Below, piece after piece: positions 33,550 through 44,789 of a stretch of DNA of 64,000 bases. Source of the DNA: Sulfurospirillum sp. GTDB lineage: Bacteria; Campylobacterota; Campylobacteria; Campylobacterales; Sulfurospirillaceae. How positions within the stretch are numbered: position 1 is the stretch's first letter; every line of letters starts with the position of its first letter. Where the stretch lies: the NCBI GenBank assembly GCA_021206415.1, contig JAJOKG010000006.1:11981-75980 (forward strand), given 5' to 3'. The translations under genes and the position numbers were made by a program. The notes below the pieces were generated by a model, which worked only from the letters and a program-made list of their open reading frames with translations, searched no databases and was not told the origin of the DNA.

Positions 33550-34362
33550 TTGGTTTACTTTATTCCTACTCCCATAGGAAATCTTGATGACATCTCCGTT
33601 AGAAGCTTAAAGCTTTTATCGGAGTGTCACACTCTTTTTTGCGAAGACACTCGCATCACTAAAAAACTTCTCTCTTTACTTTCTCAAAGACATCACATCG
33701 AATTTAATGTTAAAAATTTTATTTCCATGCATTCGCATAATGAAGAGGCTGTTTTAAAAAGTGTCAATCGTGCTATTTTTGATGAAAACGTGGGATATCT
33801 TAGTGATGCTGGAATGCCTGGTGTTAGTGATCCAGGAAGTGCTTTGATTCGCTTTTGTCAAGAGCATAATCTTCCCTATGAAATTCTTCCTGGTGCCAAT
33901 GCTGCATTGCTTGCTTATGTGTGTAGTGGTTGTAAAACCCATCAGTTTTTATTTTATGGCTTTTTATCACACAAAGGAATGGAACGCCAAAATGAACTTT
34001 TTGAGGCACTGAATGCTCCTTATGCTGTTATTTTGTATGAATCACCACATCGTATTGATAAATTGATTGAAGAGCTCGCACAATTTGCACCTGATCGCAA
34101 GATTTTTGCGATGAAAGAAGCAACAAAATTACATGAAAAACGGTTTTTTGGTACTTCATTGGAAGTCAAAGAGGCTTTCCAGAGTGCAAATCTTAAAGGG
34201 GAATGGGTTGTTGTGATTATTCCTGAGGTGCATCAAGGGGGCGAAGCCATTACTAAAGAAGATCTTATAAGCTTAGATATTCCTCCAAAGCAAAAAGCAA
34301 AACTTCTCTCTAAGCTCACAGGAGAAAGTGTTAAAGAGTGGTATACCAAACTTCAAAATTAA
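33550..34362 (+). CDS. rsmI: 16S rRNA C1402 2'-O-methyltransferase
   Basis: PTPIGNLDDIS, CEDTR, SDAGMPGVSDPG, YESPHR. Confidence 0.95.
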   Translation: MVYFIPTPIGNLDDISVRSLKLLSECHTLFCEDTRITKKLLSLLSQRHHIEFNVKNFISMHSHNEEAVLKSVNRAIFDENVGYLSDAGMPGVSDPGSALIRFCQEHNLPYEILPGANAALLAYVCSGCKTHQFLFYGFLSHKGMERQNELFEALNAPYAVILYESPHRIDKLIEELAQFAPDRKIFAMKEATKLHEKRFFGTSLEVKEAFQSANLKGEWVVVIIPEVHQGGEAITKEDLISLDIPPKQKAKLLSKLTGESVKEWYTKLQN

Positions 34363-34453
34363 CGTCCCTCTTTTGTTACATGTAAAGCTCGAAAAAGAGC
34401 ATTTCACTTTTAAGCTCGTATTATTTTAAGCCATTTTGGATACAATATTTACC

Positions 34454-35137
34454 ATGATAATCTATGGAAAGCAACTCTTTTTACATTTGTTAAAGCACTA
34501 TTCTTCAAGGATTGAGACGGTATTTTTACCCAAAAAGTGTGACCCAAAGCTTTTTTCACAAATTGCTCGTGTAACGCAAAACATTTGCACGATTGACGAA
34601 CGAAAAGCACAATCACTCTGTCATGGTGGAAATCATCAAGGATTTATTGCTCAGATTAAGGATTTTGAGCTAACCCCTTTTACTGAAATCAAACATGGCT
34701 CTTTCTTGGTGATTCTGGATGAAGTCACTGATGTTGGAAATATTGGTGCCATTGTTCGTAGTGCGTACGCTTTTGGTGCAAATGGGCTCATTTTAAGTGG
34801 GATGAAAACTTGCAATTTAGAGGCAATTTTGCGTACCAGTAGTGCTGCTGCATTTGAGCTTCCCATTGCACTATGTCCTTCAACCAAAGATATGCTGAAT
34901 GAACTTAAGCAGATGGGCTTTATGCTTTATGGTGCTGATATGGGTGGTACCGATGTAAGAGAGGTTTCGTTTGCTCCTAAACGTGCTTTAATTATGGGGA
35001 GTGAGGGAAAAGGGTTATCCCCTAAGGTAAAAGAGCGATTGGACACGATTGTGTCTATCAAAATGGCAAGAGCATTTGACTCTTTAAATGTGAACGCAGC
35101 GGCTGCTGTACTGTGTGATAGGATTGCCAATGGATAA
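34454..35137 (+). CDS. rlmB: 23S rRNA G2251 2'-O-methyltransferase (TrmH family)
   Basis: MIIYGK, NHQG, DVGNIGAIVRS, MGSEGKG, DSLNVNAA. Confidence 0.88.
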   Translation: MIIYGKQLFLHLLKHYSSRIETVFLPKKCDPKLFSQIARVTQNICTIDERKAQSLCHGGNHQGFIAQIKDFELTPFTEIKHGSFLVILDEVTDVGNIGAIVRSAYAFGANGLILSGMKTCNLEAILRTSSAAAFELPIALCPSTKDMLNELKQMGFMLYGADMGGTDVREVSFAPKRALIMGSEGKGLSPKVKERLDTIVSIKMARAFDSLNVNAAAAVLCDRIANG

Positions 35138-36044
35138 CGATGTTAAGGTGTTGGAGAAAATTGGGTTAAAAGAAGTTTCCACAAAGACGCATATTGAAGT
35201 GAAGCAGTTGGCTTATATACTTAATGCACAGTACGATAAGCTTAATAAAATTAATACTTTGGGATTTGTTAAAATTCTCTCTCGTGAATATGATATAGAT
35301 TTTACAGAGTGGCTTGAGGGCTATCACGATTACTGGGCAGAGCAAGATAACGAAGAAGATACACAGAGTAATAAAATTTTTATTTGTGCCAGAAGTGATA
35401 GAAGTTATAAAAAAGCCGCATGGTTCTTTTTATTGATGGTTTTAATTGCGGGTGCTTTTTTTGTTGTTTCCGTTTTTAAGATTGATGTAGGAATTCCGAG
35501 TATTATTGATAAAGTAAAAACAGAAATCCCTCAAACAAATAATGCCTATCAAAGTGCTTCTGTTGTCAAAGAAGCCACTACTTCGTTAGGTGTTAAAGTG
35601 GAAGAGCGCATCATCGAAACCAATAGTACGAATAGCAGTATCGAAGCAGTAGTTGTGAGTATTGATGAAAATTTAACGCGTAAAGCAGAGTCTAACGAAT
35701 CGAATGCAACGGCTCCGATTCCTGAGATTCAAACAAATACTTCTATGAAAAGTGACGTAAATACGAGCAAAGCCATGATTCTCCCCATGAAGCGTATTTG
35801 GGTTGGTATTGTTAATTTGGAAACAAACACACGTAAAGAGAGTTCGAGTGATCATAACATTACAATTGACCTTCATCAAAAGCAGATTATTAAAACAGGA
35901 CATGGTTTTTTTAAACTCTATTATGATGGTAATGTAGAGGATTTTAAAGAACAAGGTTCTACTCGTTTCTTGGTCGAAAATGGAACCCTTCAAAAAATTT
36001 CTGAAGAGAAATTTGTAGAGCTGAATCGAGGTAAAAACTGGTGA
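35130..36044 (+). CDS. RodZ-like membrane protein
   Basis: N-terminal HTH-like region (LKEVSTKTHI...GFVKILSREY), one TM segment, low-complexity linker, periplasmic domain with RIWVG. Confidence 0.6.
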   Translation: MDNDVKVLEKIGLKEVSTKTHIEVKQLAYILNAQYDKLNKINTLGFVKILSREYDIDFTEWLEGYHDYWAEQDNEEDTQSNKIFICARSDRSYKKAAWFFLLMVLIAGAFFVVSVFKIDVGIPSIIDKVKTEIPQTNNAYQSASVVKEATTSLGVKVEERIIETNSTNSSIEAVVVSIDENLTRKAESNESNATAPIPEIQTNTSMKSDVNTSKAMILPMKRIWVGIVNLETNTRKESSSDHNITIDLHQKQIIKTGHGFFKLYYDGNVEDFKEQGSTRFLVENGTLQKISEEKFVELNRGKNW

Positions 36045-36856
36045 AAAAACTTTTTCTCATTTTATGCTTAACCCTTTCACTCTTTGGCTCAACGGATCTT
36101 CATGAAAAAATAAGAAGTTTTATTGGTACTTCAAAATATGAAACACAAAAAAATTTGATTCAAGTCCTTTTTGCACAAAATGCTCAGTTTATCAATCCAA
36201 ATGGAGAGGTTAACAGTATAAAAGTTGTTTCGGTTTTGAAGAAAAATGGTTTACTTCAATTGCTGTATGCTAATCCTGTACAGTTACGCTTGGCATTTCG
36301 TACCAAACAAGATCCCTTTATTTTCCTTAAAATTATTAATGAATCTTTAGAATTAATGGGGTATAACTATTTTTTAACCAATAATGCATTACGAGATAGC
36401 GGTGGGTTTGTTTGGGAAATATATCTTCAAACAGAGCATATTCTTGATCCTGAAATTTTTGCAGGTATTTTAGAGGCAAGAGGATGTGTTATTACAAATA
36501 TTGTAAAAAATGAGAACCACTATTGGTTCTATGATATTAATTCAGATAATGCCTATCTAAGTGCCAAAAAAGTGGAAAGTGGTGTGACTACCTCTTTGGG
36601 AAAACCTTTAAATCCGTATTGGATAGATATTAAAAATGCTCAAGAGGTTATCCTTTCAGCGCATTCAGGTGATCGATGGTTTCCTGATGTTGTCTTTTTT
36701 GATGAGAATTTAAATCTTCTTAGTAGTGTGAAAGCAGAGGAATCAGCACGAACGCTAAAACTAAAAGTACCTCAAGGGGCTGTCTACCTTAAAATTAGTG
36801 ATATGGTGATGCTTGATAATATTAGGCATGGATTATCTTTACATGTAAAAGAGTAA
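36041..36856 (+). CDS. Conserved periplasmic hypothetical protein
   Basis: Signal peptide MKKLFLILCLTLSLFG; 271 aa in operon. Confidence 0.7.
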   Translation: MKKLFLILCLTLSLFGSTDLHEKIRSFIGTSKYETQKNLIQVLFAQNAQFINPNGEVNSIKVVSVLKKNGLLQLLYANPVQLRLAFRTKQDPFIFLKIINESLELMGYNYFLTNNALRDSGGFVWEIYLQTEHILDPEIFAGILEARGCVITNIVKNENHYWFYDINSDNAYLSAKKVESGVTTSLGKPLNPYWIDIKNAQEVILSAHSGDRWFPDVVFFDENLNLLSSVKAEESARTLKLKVPQGAVYLKISDMVMLDNIRHGLSLHVKE

Positions 36857-36867
36857 AAGGATTAAAA

Positions 36868-38079
36868 ATGTTTGATGAAATTCGATTTAATACGATTGAT
36901 AGATTACCTGGATATGTTTTTGCACAAATTAATGAATTGAAACTTGCGGCTCGTCATGCAGGCGATGATATTATTGACTTTTCCATGGGTAATCCAGATG
37001 GAAGAACACCTCAACATATTATTGATAAATTGGTTGAATCGGCTCAAAAAGATGGAACACATGGTTACTCTGTGAGTAAGGGTATTTTTAAACTACGATT
37101 GGCAATTTGTAACTGGTATGCACGCAAATATGGTGTTACACTAGACCCCAATACGGAAGCCGTTGCAACACTCGGTAGTAAAGAGGGATTTGTGCATTTA
37201 GCACAAGCGATTATCAATCCTGGTGATGTGGCTGTTGTCCCAGATCCTGCATATCCTATTCATGCCTACGCTTTTATGATTGCAGGAGGCAATGTTCATA
37301 AGTTTAGTTTAGATTACAATGAAAAGTATGAACTCGATAAAGAGCAGTTTTTTATTAAACTGAAAAAAGTATTTCGTGAGTCTGCCCCTAAACCTAAGTT
37401 TGTGGTCGTCAATTTTCCTCACAATCCAACATGTGTTACCACAGACCTCTCTTTCTATGAAGAGTTGGTTGCCTATGCTAAAGAAGAGCGTTTTTATATC
37501 ATCAGTGATATAGCCTATGCTGATCTCTCTTTTGACGGTTATGAAACACCTTCTATTTTACAAGTAGAAGGGGCTAAAGATGTAGCAGTAGAGTGTTATA
37601 CCCTTTCAAAAAGCTATAACATGGCAGGTTGGCGTGTGGGTTTTGTTGTTGGGAATAAAAAACTTGTTGGTGCATTACAAAAAATTAAATCATGGTTTGA
37701 TTATGGTATGTTTACTCCTATTCAAGTAGCTTCCACCATTGCGCTTGATGGTCCACAGGAGTGTGTGGATGAAATCAGAGAAAAATACCGCAAACGTCGA
37801 GATGTATTGGTTGAGAGTTTTAACAATGCGGGATGGGAAATGGAAAAACCTCAATCAACCATGTTTGTTTGGGCAAAAATTCCTAAAGTAGCCGCACATC
37901 TAGGAAGTATGGAATTTGCCAAACAACTCTTAAAAGAGGCAAAAATTGCAGTAAGTCCTGGCATTGGTTTTGGCGAGGCAGGAGATGGTTACGTTAGAAT
38001 CGCTTTGATTGAAAATGAAAATAGAATCCGTCAAGCAGCACGTAATGTGAAAAAGTATTTGAAGAGTTTAGAAGGTTAA
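36868..38079 (+). CDS. PLP-dependent class I/II aminotransferase (AlaC/LL-DAP aminotransferase-like)
   Basis: DFSMGNPD, NFPHNPT, DIAY, SKSYNMAGWRVG. Confidence 0.88.
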   Translation: MFDEIRFNTIDRLPGYVFAQINELKLAARHAGDDIIDFSMGNPDGRTPQHIIDKLVESAQKDGTHGYSVSKGIFKLRLAICNWYARKYGVTLDPNTEAVATLGSKEGFVHLAQAIINPGDVAVVPDPAYPIHAYAFMIAGGNVHKFSLDYNEKYELDKEQFFIKLKKVFRESAPKPKFVVVNFPHNPTCVTTDLSFYEELVAYAKEERFYIISDIAYADLSFDGYETPSILQVEGAKDVAVECYTLSKSYNMAGWRVGFVVGNKKLVGALQKIKSWFDYGMFTPIQVASTIALDGPQECVDEIREKYRKRRDVLVESFNNAGWEMEKPQSTMFVWAKIPKVAAHLGSMEFAKQLLKEAKIAVSPGIGFGEAGDGYVRIALIENENRIRQAARNVKKYLKSLEG

Positions 38080-38082
38080 AAA

Positions 38083-39354
38083 ATGATCAAAGTTGGAATT
38101 ATTGGTGTTGGAACGGTTGGAAGCCATGTGATAAAGATTTTACAAGAGAATGAAGATATTATTACCGCACGTAGTGGCAAAAAAATCGTTCCTGTTATAG
38201 GAATCGTAAGAGATATAACAAAAAAAAGGGATGTTTCAATTCCTTTAAGTACAAATCTTGATGATGTTCTTGAAAATCCAGATATTGATATTGTCATAGA
38301 ACTAATGGGTGGAGTGGATGAAGCATATAAAATTGTTACACGAGCACTTAAAAATAAAAAAGCAGTGGTCACTGCCAATAAAGCATTACTCGCGTATCAT
38401 CGTTATGAATTACGTGATTTAGCAGGATCTACCCCTATTGGTTATGAGGCAAGTGTCGCAGGTGGTATTCCTATTATTAAGGCTCTTCGTGAGGGGTTAA
38501 GTGCTAATCATATTGAAGCGATTAAAGGCATTATGAATGGTACATGTAATTTTATTCTTACCAAAATGATGAATGAAAAAGCTGAATTTGAAGATGTCCT
38601 GAAAGAGGCGCAAGCATTAGGTTATGCAGAAGCAGATCCAACATTTGATGTAGGTGGATTTGATGCCGCACACAAATTACTGATTTTAGCCAGTATCGCA
38701 TATGGTATTAATGTGAAGCCTGAAGAGATTTTAATTGAAGGCATTGAGCATATTAACAGTGAAGATATCTATTTTGCAAAAGAGTTTGGGTATAACATTA
38801 AGCTCTTAACGATTGCCAAGAAAAGTGGAGAACAAGTAGAACTTCGTGTCCATCCAGCTCTTGTTCCTATGAAACAAATGATTGCAAAAGTTGATGGCGT
38901 TATGAATGGCATTAGTGTTATTGGTGATAGAGTAGGAGAGACCATGTATTATGGTCCAGGTGCAGGAGGAAGTGCGACTGCAAGTGCTGTCGTCTCTGAT
39001 TTAATTGATATTGCACGCCATGCCCAAAATTCACCTATGTTAGGATTTATCAAGCCATTAGAGAAAAGTGGTTTAACATTGATGAATCAAGATGATATTA
39101 TTACGCAATATTATATTCGAGTAACGGTCGCAGATAAAATTGGAGTTTTATCAAAAATTTCACATATTCTAGGCAAGCATTCTATTTCTATTAGTAGTTT
39201 CTTACAAAAACAAGATGGGAAAAGAGAAGAGAGTGCGGTATTACTTTTTTCAACACATACATGTAAAGAGAGTGATATTCAAAAAGCACTTCAAGAGATT
39301 AGTTTACTAGATTTTGTTGAAAATAAACCCGCTATGATACGGATTGAAGCATAG
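38083..39354 (+). CDS. hom: Homoserine dehydrogenase
   Basis: GVGTVG, VTANK, EASVAGGIP, NGTCNFIL, YAEADP; C-terminal ACT domain. Confidence 0.95.
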   Translation: MIKVGIIGVGTVGSHVIKILQENEDIITARSGKKIVPVIGIVRDITKKRDVSIPLSTNLDDVLENPDIDIVIELMGGVDEAYKIVTRALKNKKAVVTANKALLAYHRYELRDLAGSTPIGYEASVAGGIPIIKALREGLSANHIEAIKGIMNGTCNFILTKMMNEKAEFEDVLKEAQALGYAEADPTFDVGGFDAAHKLLILASIAYGINVKPEEILIEGIEHINSEDIYFAKEFGYNIKLLTIAKKSGEQVELRVHPALVPMKQMIAKVDGVMNGISVIGDRVGETMYYGPGAGGSATASAVVSDLIDIARHAQNSPMLGFIKPLEKSGLTLMNQDDIITQYYIRVTVADKIGVLSKISHILGKHSISISSFLQKQDGKREESAVLLFSTHTCKESDIQKALQEISLLDFVENKPAMIRIEA

Positions 39355-39357
39355 GAG

Positions 39358-39684
39358 ATGAGTCTTAAGATAGGTCAAGAGGCTGAAGAAAAAGCCTCTT
39401 TGTATCTTCAAAGAAATGGTTACACTATTTTTGAGCGTAATTTTCATTCTAAATTTGGTGAGATTGATATTATTGCTTTAAAAGAGGGCGTTCTTCACTT
39501 CTTTGAAGTTAAATTTTCACAAAAATATGACCCTATTGTTCGTATTACTCCTTCTAAAATGAAAAAAATTATTATGACGATAAATTATTATTTTTTACTA
39601 CATCCCATGCAGTATGATTATCAAATTGATGCAATATTAATTAAAAATGAGCAAATTGAAATAATAAAAAATATTAGTTACTAA
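39358..39684 (+). CDS. YraN-family PD-(D/E)xK protein
   Basis: GQEAEEKA..YL, GEIDII, FFEVK. Confidence 0.85.
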   Translation: MSLKIGQEAEEKASLYLQRNGYTIFERNFHSKFGEIDIIALKEGVLHFFEVKFSQKYDPIVRITPSKMKKIIMTINYYFLLHPMQYDYQIDAILIKNEQIEIIKNISY

Positions 39685-39769
39685 AAAAATAACTTTATCT
39701 GCTATGGAAATTTTAAAGTTAGAGTGAGTATAATTGAGTATCTATAAAATAACGTTTTAGGGGAAAATA

Positions 39770-40087
39770 ATGGGAAAATATTTAGAGTTAAACGCATCAA
39801 ATTTTGATAGTACCGTAGCTGAAGGTGTCGCTTTAGTAGATTTTTGGGCACCATGGTGTGGACCATGTCGAATGATTGCTCCAGTCATTGAAGAATTAGC
39901 AAATGATTTTGATGGAAAAGCAAAAATTTGCAAAGTCAATACAGATGAAGAACAAGACGTTGCTATTAAATATGGTATTCGTTCTATTCCAACTATTTTA
40001 TTTTTTAAGAATGGTGAGTTGGTTGATCAGATGATTGGTGCATCATCAAAACAAGTTTTAGCGGATAAAGTTAATTCACTTCTTTAA
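39770..40087 (+). CDS. trxA: Thioredoxin
   Basis: WCGPC. Confidence 0.97.
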   Translation: MGKYLELNASNFDSTVAEGVALVDFWAPWCGPCRMIAPVIEELANDFDGKAKICKVNTDEEQDVAIKYGIRSIPTILFFKNGELVDQMIGASSKQVLADKVNSLL

Positions 40088-40214
40088 TTAAAAAATTTGA
40101 GAAGTCGTTAGGCTTTCTCAAAACTACACTACTTCTTTTTGGCTATATATGGCGTTATTTCTTTTTAACTTAAACTGTATTGTGTCAATAGTCTAAAAAA
40201 ATAAGGAAAAAATC

Positions 40215-41147
40215 ATGTTAGATCTTGCAATTGTTGGTGGCGGTCCAGCTGGCTTAAGTGCTGGATTATATGCAACACGTGGCGGTTTAAAAAAATGTTG
40301 TTATGTTTGAAAAAGGCCTTCCTGGTGGTCAAATTACTAGTAGCAGTGAAATAGAAAATTATCCAGGATCGGCTCAAATTTTAAGCGGTTTAGATTTTAT
40401 GGCTCCATGGGCAGAGCAGTGTATGCGTTTTGGTTTAAAACATGCTATGGATGAAGTAACACGAATTTCTAAAAATACAGATGGCAGTTTTCATATCGCA
40501 TTAGCTGGCGGAAAAAGTGAAGATGCAAAAAGTGTTGTTATCGCAACGGGTAGTACACCAAAACGTGCAAATTTTGAAGGTGAAGCAGAATTTTTTGGCA
40601 AAGGGATTAGCACATGTGCAACATGCGATGGATTTTTTTATAAAAATAAAGAAGTTGTGGCATTAGGCGGTGGGGATACGGCTCTTGAAGAAGCGCTCTA
40701 TCTTTCACATATTTGCTCAAAAGTTTATTTGGTACACCGACGTGATACTTTTAGAGCAAGCCCAAGCACGATTGAAAAAGTTAAAAACAATCCAAAAATC
40801 GAACTTGTACTTAATTCCAGTGTTAAAAATGCTTACGGTGATAAAATGGGACTCAATGGACTCATTGTTGTTGATAATGCTGGTCATGAACGTGATATTT
40901 CTGTCCCTGGTGTTTTTGTCTTTGTTGGGATGAATGTAAACAATAGTATTTTAAAACAAGAAGATGGCACATTTTTATGTGATATGGATGAAATGGTAAT
41001 GTTGTGGTTGATTTGAATATGCATACCTCTATCAAAGGATTGTTTGCAGCAGGAGATATTCGAATAAAGGCTTCAAAACAAGTAGTTTGTGCAGCAGGTG
41101 ATGGTGCGACAGCGGGCATTCAAGCCTTAGAATATGTGAATCATTAA
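40215..41147 (+). CDS. trxB: Thioredoxin reductase (frameshifts near 40292 and 40992)
   Basis: GGGPAG, CATCDG, GGGDTA, HRRD, GLFAAGD. Confidence 0.92.
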
Positions 41148-41163
41148 AAAGGACATCATACGA

Positions 41164-41931
41164 ATGATAAATGTTGGAATTCATGGCTCAACAGGGAGAG
41201 TGGGTAGATTACTAATTGATAATTTAGTCAAAGATAAAGATGCAAGACCTTATGCATTGCATGCCATCGAGGAGTTTAGTTTTACTGCTCCTAAAGAAAC
41301 GATTGTGACAGATGATGTAATGATTCTTTTACAAAAGAGTAATGTTGTGATTGACTTTACAATTGCGATGGGGACAGAAACATTACTTGAAAGCGCTTTA
41401 AAACAGCCAACTCCTTTGGTTATTGGAACAACAGGACTTAATGAGCACCAGCAAAATCTTCTTAAAGAAGCAGCAAATAATATGCCAATTCTTTACTCAA
41501 CAAATATGTCTTTAGGTGTAGCCGTATTGAATCGTTTAGTTGAACTTGCCTCTAAAAGTTTGAGTGATTTTGATATTGAAATTGTTGAGCAACACCATCG
41601 TTTTAAAAAAGACGCTCCTAGTGGTACAGCTTTGACATTGGGTGAGCATGCTGCTCGTGGGCGTGGTTTGAATTTAGATGATGTCCGTGTGAGTGGACGT
41701 AATGGTCTTATTGGCGAGCGTAGTAAAGATGAGATTGCTATTATGGCGCTTCGTGGAGGTGACATTGTAGGACGTCATACCGTAGGCTTTTACAATGACG
41801 GTGAATTTATTGAAATGAATCACACCGCAACCAGTCGTGATACCTTTGCAAAAGGGGCTATTAAAGCTGCAAAGTGGATCATCAATCAACCTAATGGTCT
41901 CTATACAATTAGTGACTGTTTAGGTCTTTAA
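41164..41931 (+). CDS. dapB: 4-hydroxy-tetrahydrodipicolinate reductase
   Basis: GSTGRVG, IGTTG, EQHHRFKKDAPSGTA. Confidence 0.95.
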   Translation: MINVGIHGSTGRVGRLLIDNLVKDKDARPYALHAIEEFSFTAPKETIVTDDVMILLQKSNVVIDFTIAMGTETLLESALKQPTPLVIGTTGLNEHQQNLLKEAANNMPILYSTNMSLGVAVLNRLVELASKSLSDFDIEIVEQHHRFKKDAPSGTALTLGEHAARGRGLNLDDVRVSGRNGLIGERSKDEIAIMALRGGDIVGRHTVGFYNDGEFIEMNHTATSRDTFAKGAIKAAKWIINQPNGLYTISDCLGL

Positions 41932-41949
41932 ATAAAGGTGATATAAACG

Positions 41950-43287
41950 ATGTGTGCGATTGTTGGTGTATTTGATGTAAAACATGCTTCTAAGATAGCT
42001 TATTATGCCCTTTTTGCTATGCAACACCGTGGGCAAGAAGCAACGGGGATTAGCGCAAGTGATGGAAAAAAAATTCGTACCATTAAAGACAATGGATTAG
42101 TAACAGAAGTTTTTAATGAAGATAAACTCTCTTTTTTACAAGGAGACATGGCAATTGGACATAATCGCTATTCTACAGCAGGGAACGATTCAGTAAGAGA
42201 TGCCCAACCTGTTGCTGCTAGCTATAAGTTAGGCGATATTTCTATTGTTCACAATGGAAATTTGATTAATAAGCATGAAGTTAGAAGTAAATTGATTGAG
42301 CAGGGTGCTATTTTTCAATCGTCTATGGATACTGAAAATATTATCCATCTTATTGCAAGAAGTCAAAAAGGTAAACTCCAAGATCGTATTATTGAAGCTT
42401 TACATGTAATTAAAGGTGCCTATTGTCTTTTAATTCAAAGTAGAACGAAAATGTTTGCAATGCGTGATCGTTATGGTGTGCGTCCTTTGTCTATTGGAAA
42501 ATTGAAAGAGGGTGGGTATATCGTTGCAAGTGAGACGTGTGCGCTTGATTTGGTTGATGCTGAATTTGTAAGGGATGTGCGTCCTGGTGAAATGGTTATT
42601 TTTCATCAAGATGAAGATACGTTTGAGAGTATTCAACTCTTTGAGCCTGATCCACACATTTGTGCATTTGAATTTATCTATTTTGCACGACCTGATAGTG
42701 TCATTGAAGGTAAAAATGTTTATGCAACCCGTAAAAAAATGGGTATGAAATTAGCAGAACTTTCTCCTGTTGAAGCTGATTTTGTTGTGCCTGTTCCTGA
42801 TAGTGGTGTGAGTGCGGCTTTGGGCTATGCACAAGCGAGTGGTATTCCTTTTGAAATGGCTATTGTGAGAAATCATTATGTAGGCAGAACCTTTATTGAG
42901 CCAACGCAAGCAGTGCGTGATCTCAAAGTGAAACTCAAACTCTCTCCGATTCATAAAATTTTAGAGGGCAAAAAAATTGTCGTAATTGATGATAGCATCG
43001 TAAGAGGTACCACGTCACGTCAGATTGTAAAATTACTCAAACGTGCGGGTGCTTCTGAAGTGCATATGCGTATTGCGGCTCCGACGATTGAACATCCGTG
43101 TTTGTATGGCATTGATACCCCAAGCTATAAAGAGCTTATTAGTGCCAATAAAAGCGTTGAAGAGGTGTGTGAGTATATTGAAGCAGATTCATTGGCTTTT
43201 TTAAGCATTGAAGCGCTTAAAGAGAGTATTGGCAACGATATGAACTATTCATTGGTTAGCTTTGATGGAAATTATTTTATTAAATAA
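41950..43287 (+). CDS. purF: Amidophosphoribosyltransferase
   Basis: N-terminal MC, QHRGQE, HNRYST, VPVPDSG, VIDDSIVRGTT. Confidence 0.97.
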   Translation: MCAIVGVFDVKHASKIAYYALFAMQHRGQEATGISASDGKKIRTIKDNGLVTEVFNEDKLSFLQGDMAIGHNRYSTAGNDSVRDAQPVAASYKLGDISIVHNGNLINKHEVRSKLIEQGAIFQSSMDTENIIHLIARSQKGKLQDRIIEALHVIKGAYCLLIQSRTKMFAMRDRYGVRPLSIGKLKEGGYIVASETCALDLVDAEFVRDVRPGEMVIFHQDEDTFESIQLFEPDPHICAFEFIYFARPDSVIEGKNVYATRKKMGMKLAELSPVEADFVVPVPDSGVSAALGYAQASGIPFEMAIVRNHYVGRTFIEPTQAVRDLKVKLKLSPIHKILEGKKIVVIDDSIVRGTTSRQIVKLLKRAGASEVHMRIAAPTIEHPCLYGIDTPSYKELISANKSVEEVCEYIEADSLAFLSIEALKESIGNDMNYSLVSFDGNYFIK

Positions 43288-44239
43288 TGCGCAGAATTTT
43301 AACCGCAGGGCGGTATTTTAGAGAGAAATTTGGGGAGAGTGTTTATAAAATCCCCATTTCTATTTCTGGATTTACCTGTCCAAATATTGATGGCACAGTT
43401 GCAAGAGGTGGCTGTGTTTTCTGTGAAAATGAGTCTTTTAGTCCTAATTTAGAGCACAATCAATCAAAGCGTTTTTTTCTTCATCCCACTTCAGAAAATC
43501 CTTATTTAGAGTTTCAATTAATTCAATTGGAAGCGCAATATAAAAAAACAAAAACAAGACTTTCAAAAAAATTTGGCGCACAAAAATTTATTATTTATTT
43601 TCAATCATTTACGAATACTTATGCCCCTTTAGCGACTTTAAAAGCTTTGTATAGTAAAGCTTTAAGCTTTGAAGGGGTAATTGGACTGAGCATTGGAACA
43701 CGTACCGATAGTATTAGTGAAGAGGTGATTGCTTATTTGGCAGAACTTTCAAAGCATTATGAAATTTGGTTGGAATATGGCTTGCAATCTTCATCAGATG
43801 AAACATTAAGACGTATTAATCGTGGACATGGTAGAGCAAATATTGAAAAATACATTGCATTGACACATCAGTATAAACTCAATATATGTGCGCATATTAT
43901 TTTTGGACTTCCTGGTGAAACACCTGAAATGGCTTTAGAAAGTGTTAAATTCGCTTTAAATCTTGGCGTTCATTCTTTTAAATTTCATCCACTTTATGTT
44001 GTGAAGCGAACTGCATTGGCAATGATTTTAAAAAAGGTGAATTTAGCCCCATATCAGAAGCGTGTTACATTGAAACATTGATTAAAGCAATTAACCTTTT
44101 ACCAGAAAAAGTGATGGTGCAACGTGTGAGCGCTGGTATTGAAGATGATACACTCTTATCACCTTCATGGTGTTATGTTAAACATCAACAAATGAAAGCA
44201 ATTCGAAAAGCATTTAAGAATGAAGGGTTACTCTATTAA
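43287..44239 (+). CDS. TIGR01212/YhcC-type radical SAM protein (frameshift at A run near 44030)
   Basis: CPNIDG..GGCVFC, YFQSFTNTY, GTRTD, EYGLQS, KFHPL. Confidence 0.85.
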
Positions 44240-44242
44240 TTA

Positions 44243-44780
44243 TTAATGACATGAAAGCTCATAACGCGTATAAGGCTTCTCAAATGAGGGTGGATAAGGC
44301 ATAAAGACGGTAAAATTACGTATCTCGCCTTTGTGCAAATTCTCTGCAATAACAAATTTTCTTCGTGGTTTCTATAATCGGGTTATTTTCTCTTTTAAAT
44401 AAATTTTGCAAAGCAGATTTTGGAACAAAAATAGCTGAATTCGCTCCTATCCTCTCCAATGAAGCGTTAAAGATTTTAACTTCTAGGGTACATTTTGCAA
44501 TTTCAAATTGTCCAATATTGCGAATTTGACCAGAGATGGAAAAGGACTCATTAATTAAAACTTTTTTTTGAACCATATTTTCTAAGCGCGCAACTTTTGT
44601 ATATTTATCCAGTGCATAAAAAATAAAAGAGGTAAAGAGAACCGTAATGAATAAATTCGCTAATATGGGGGCAAGGGAACTTTTTCCTTCGTTCTTACGA
44701 ATGGTAAGCCAAAGAATCAATGAAAAAAATAAAGCAATAATAACGATAGCAATCCAATGAAATAGGGTGAAATAGGTCAT
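44243..44780 (-). CDS. DUF2393-like membrane protein (frameshift near 44360)
   Basis: MTYFTLFH, two TM segments, GQIRNIG...C, ends ELSCH*. Confidence 0.6.
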
Positions 44781-44789
44781 TCTCTTCCT

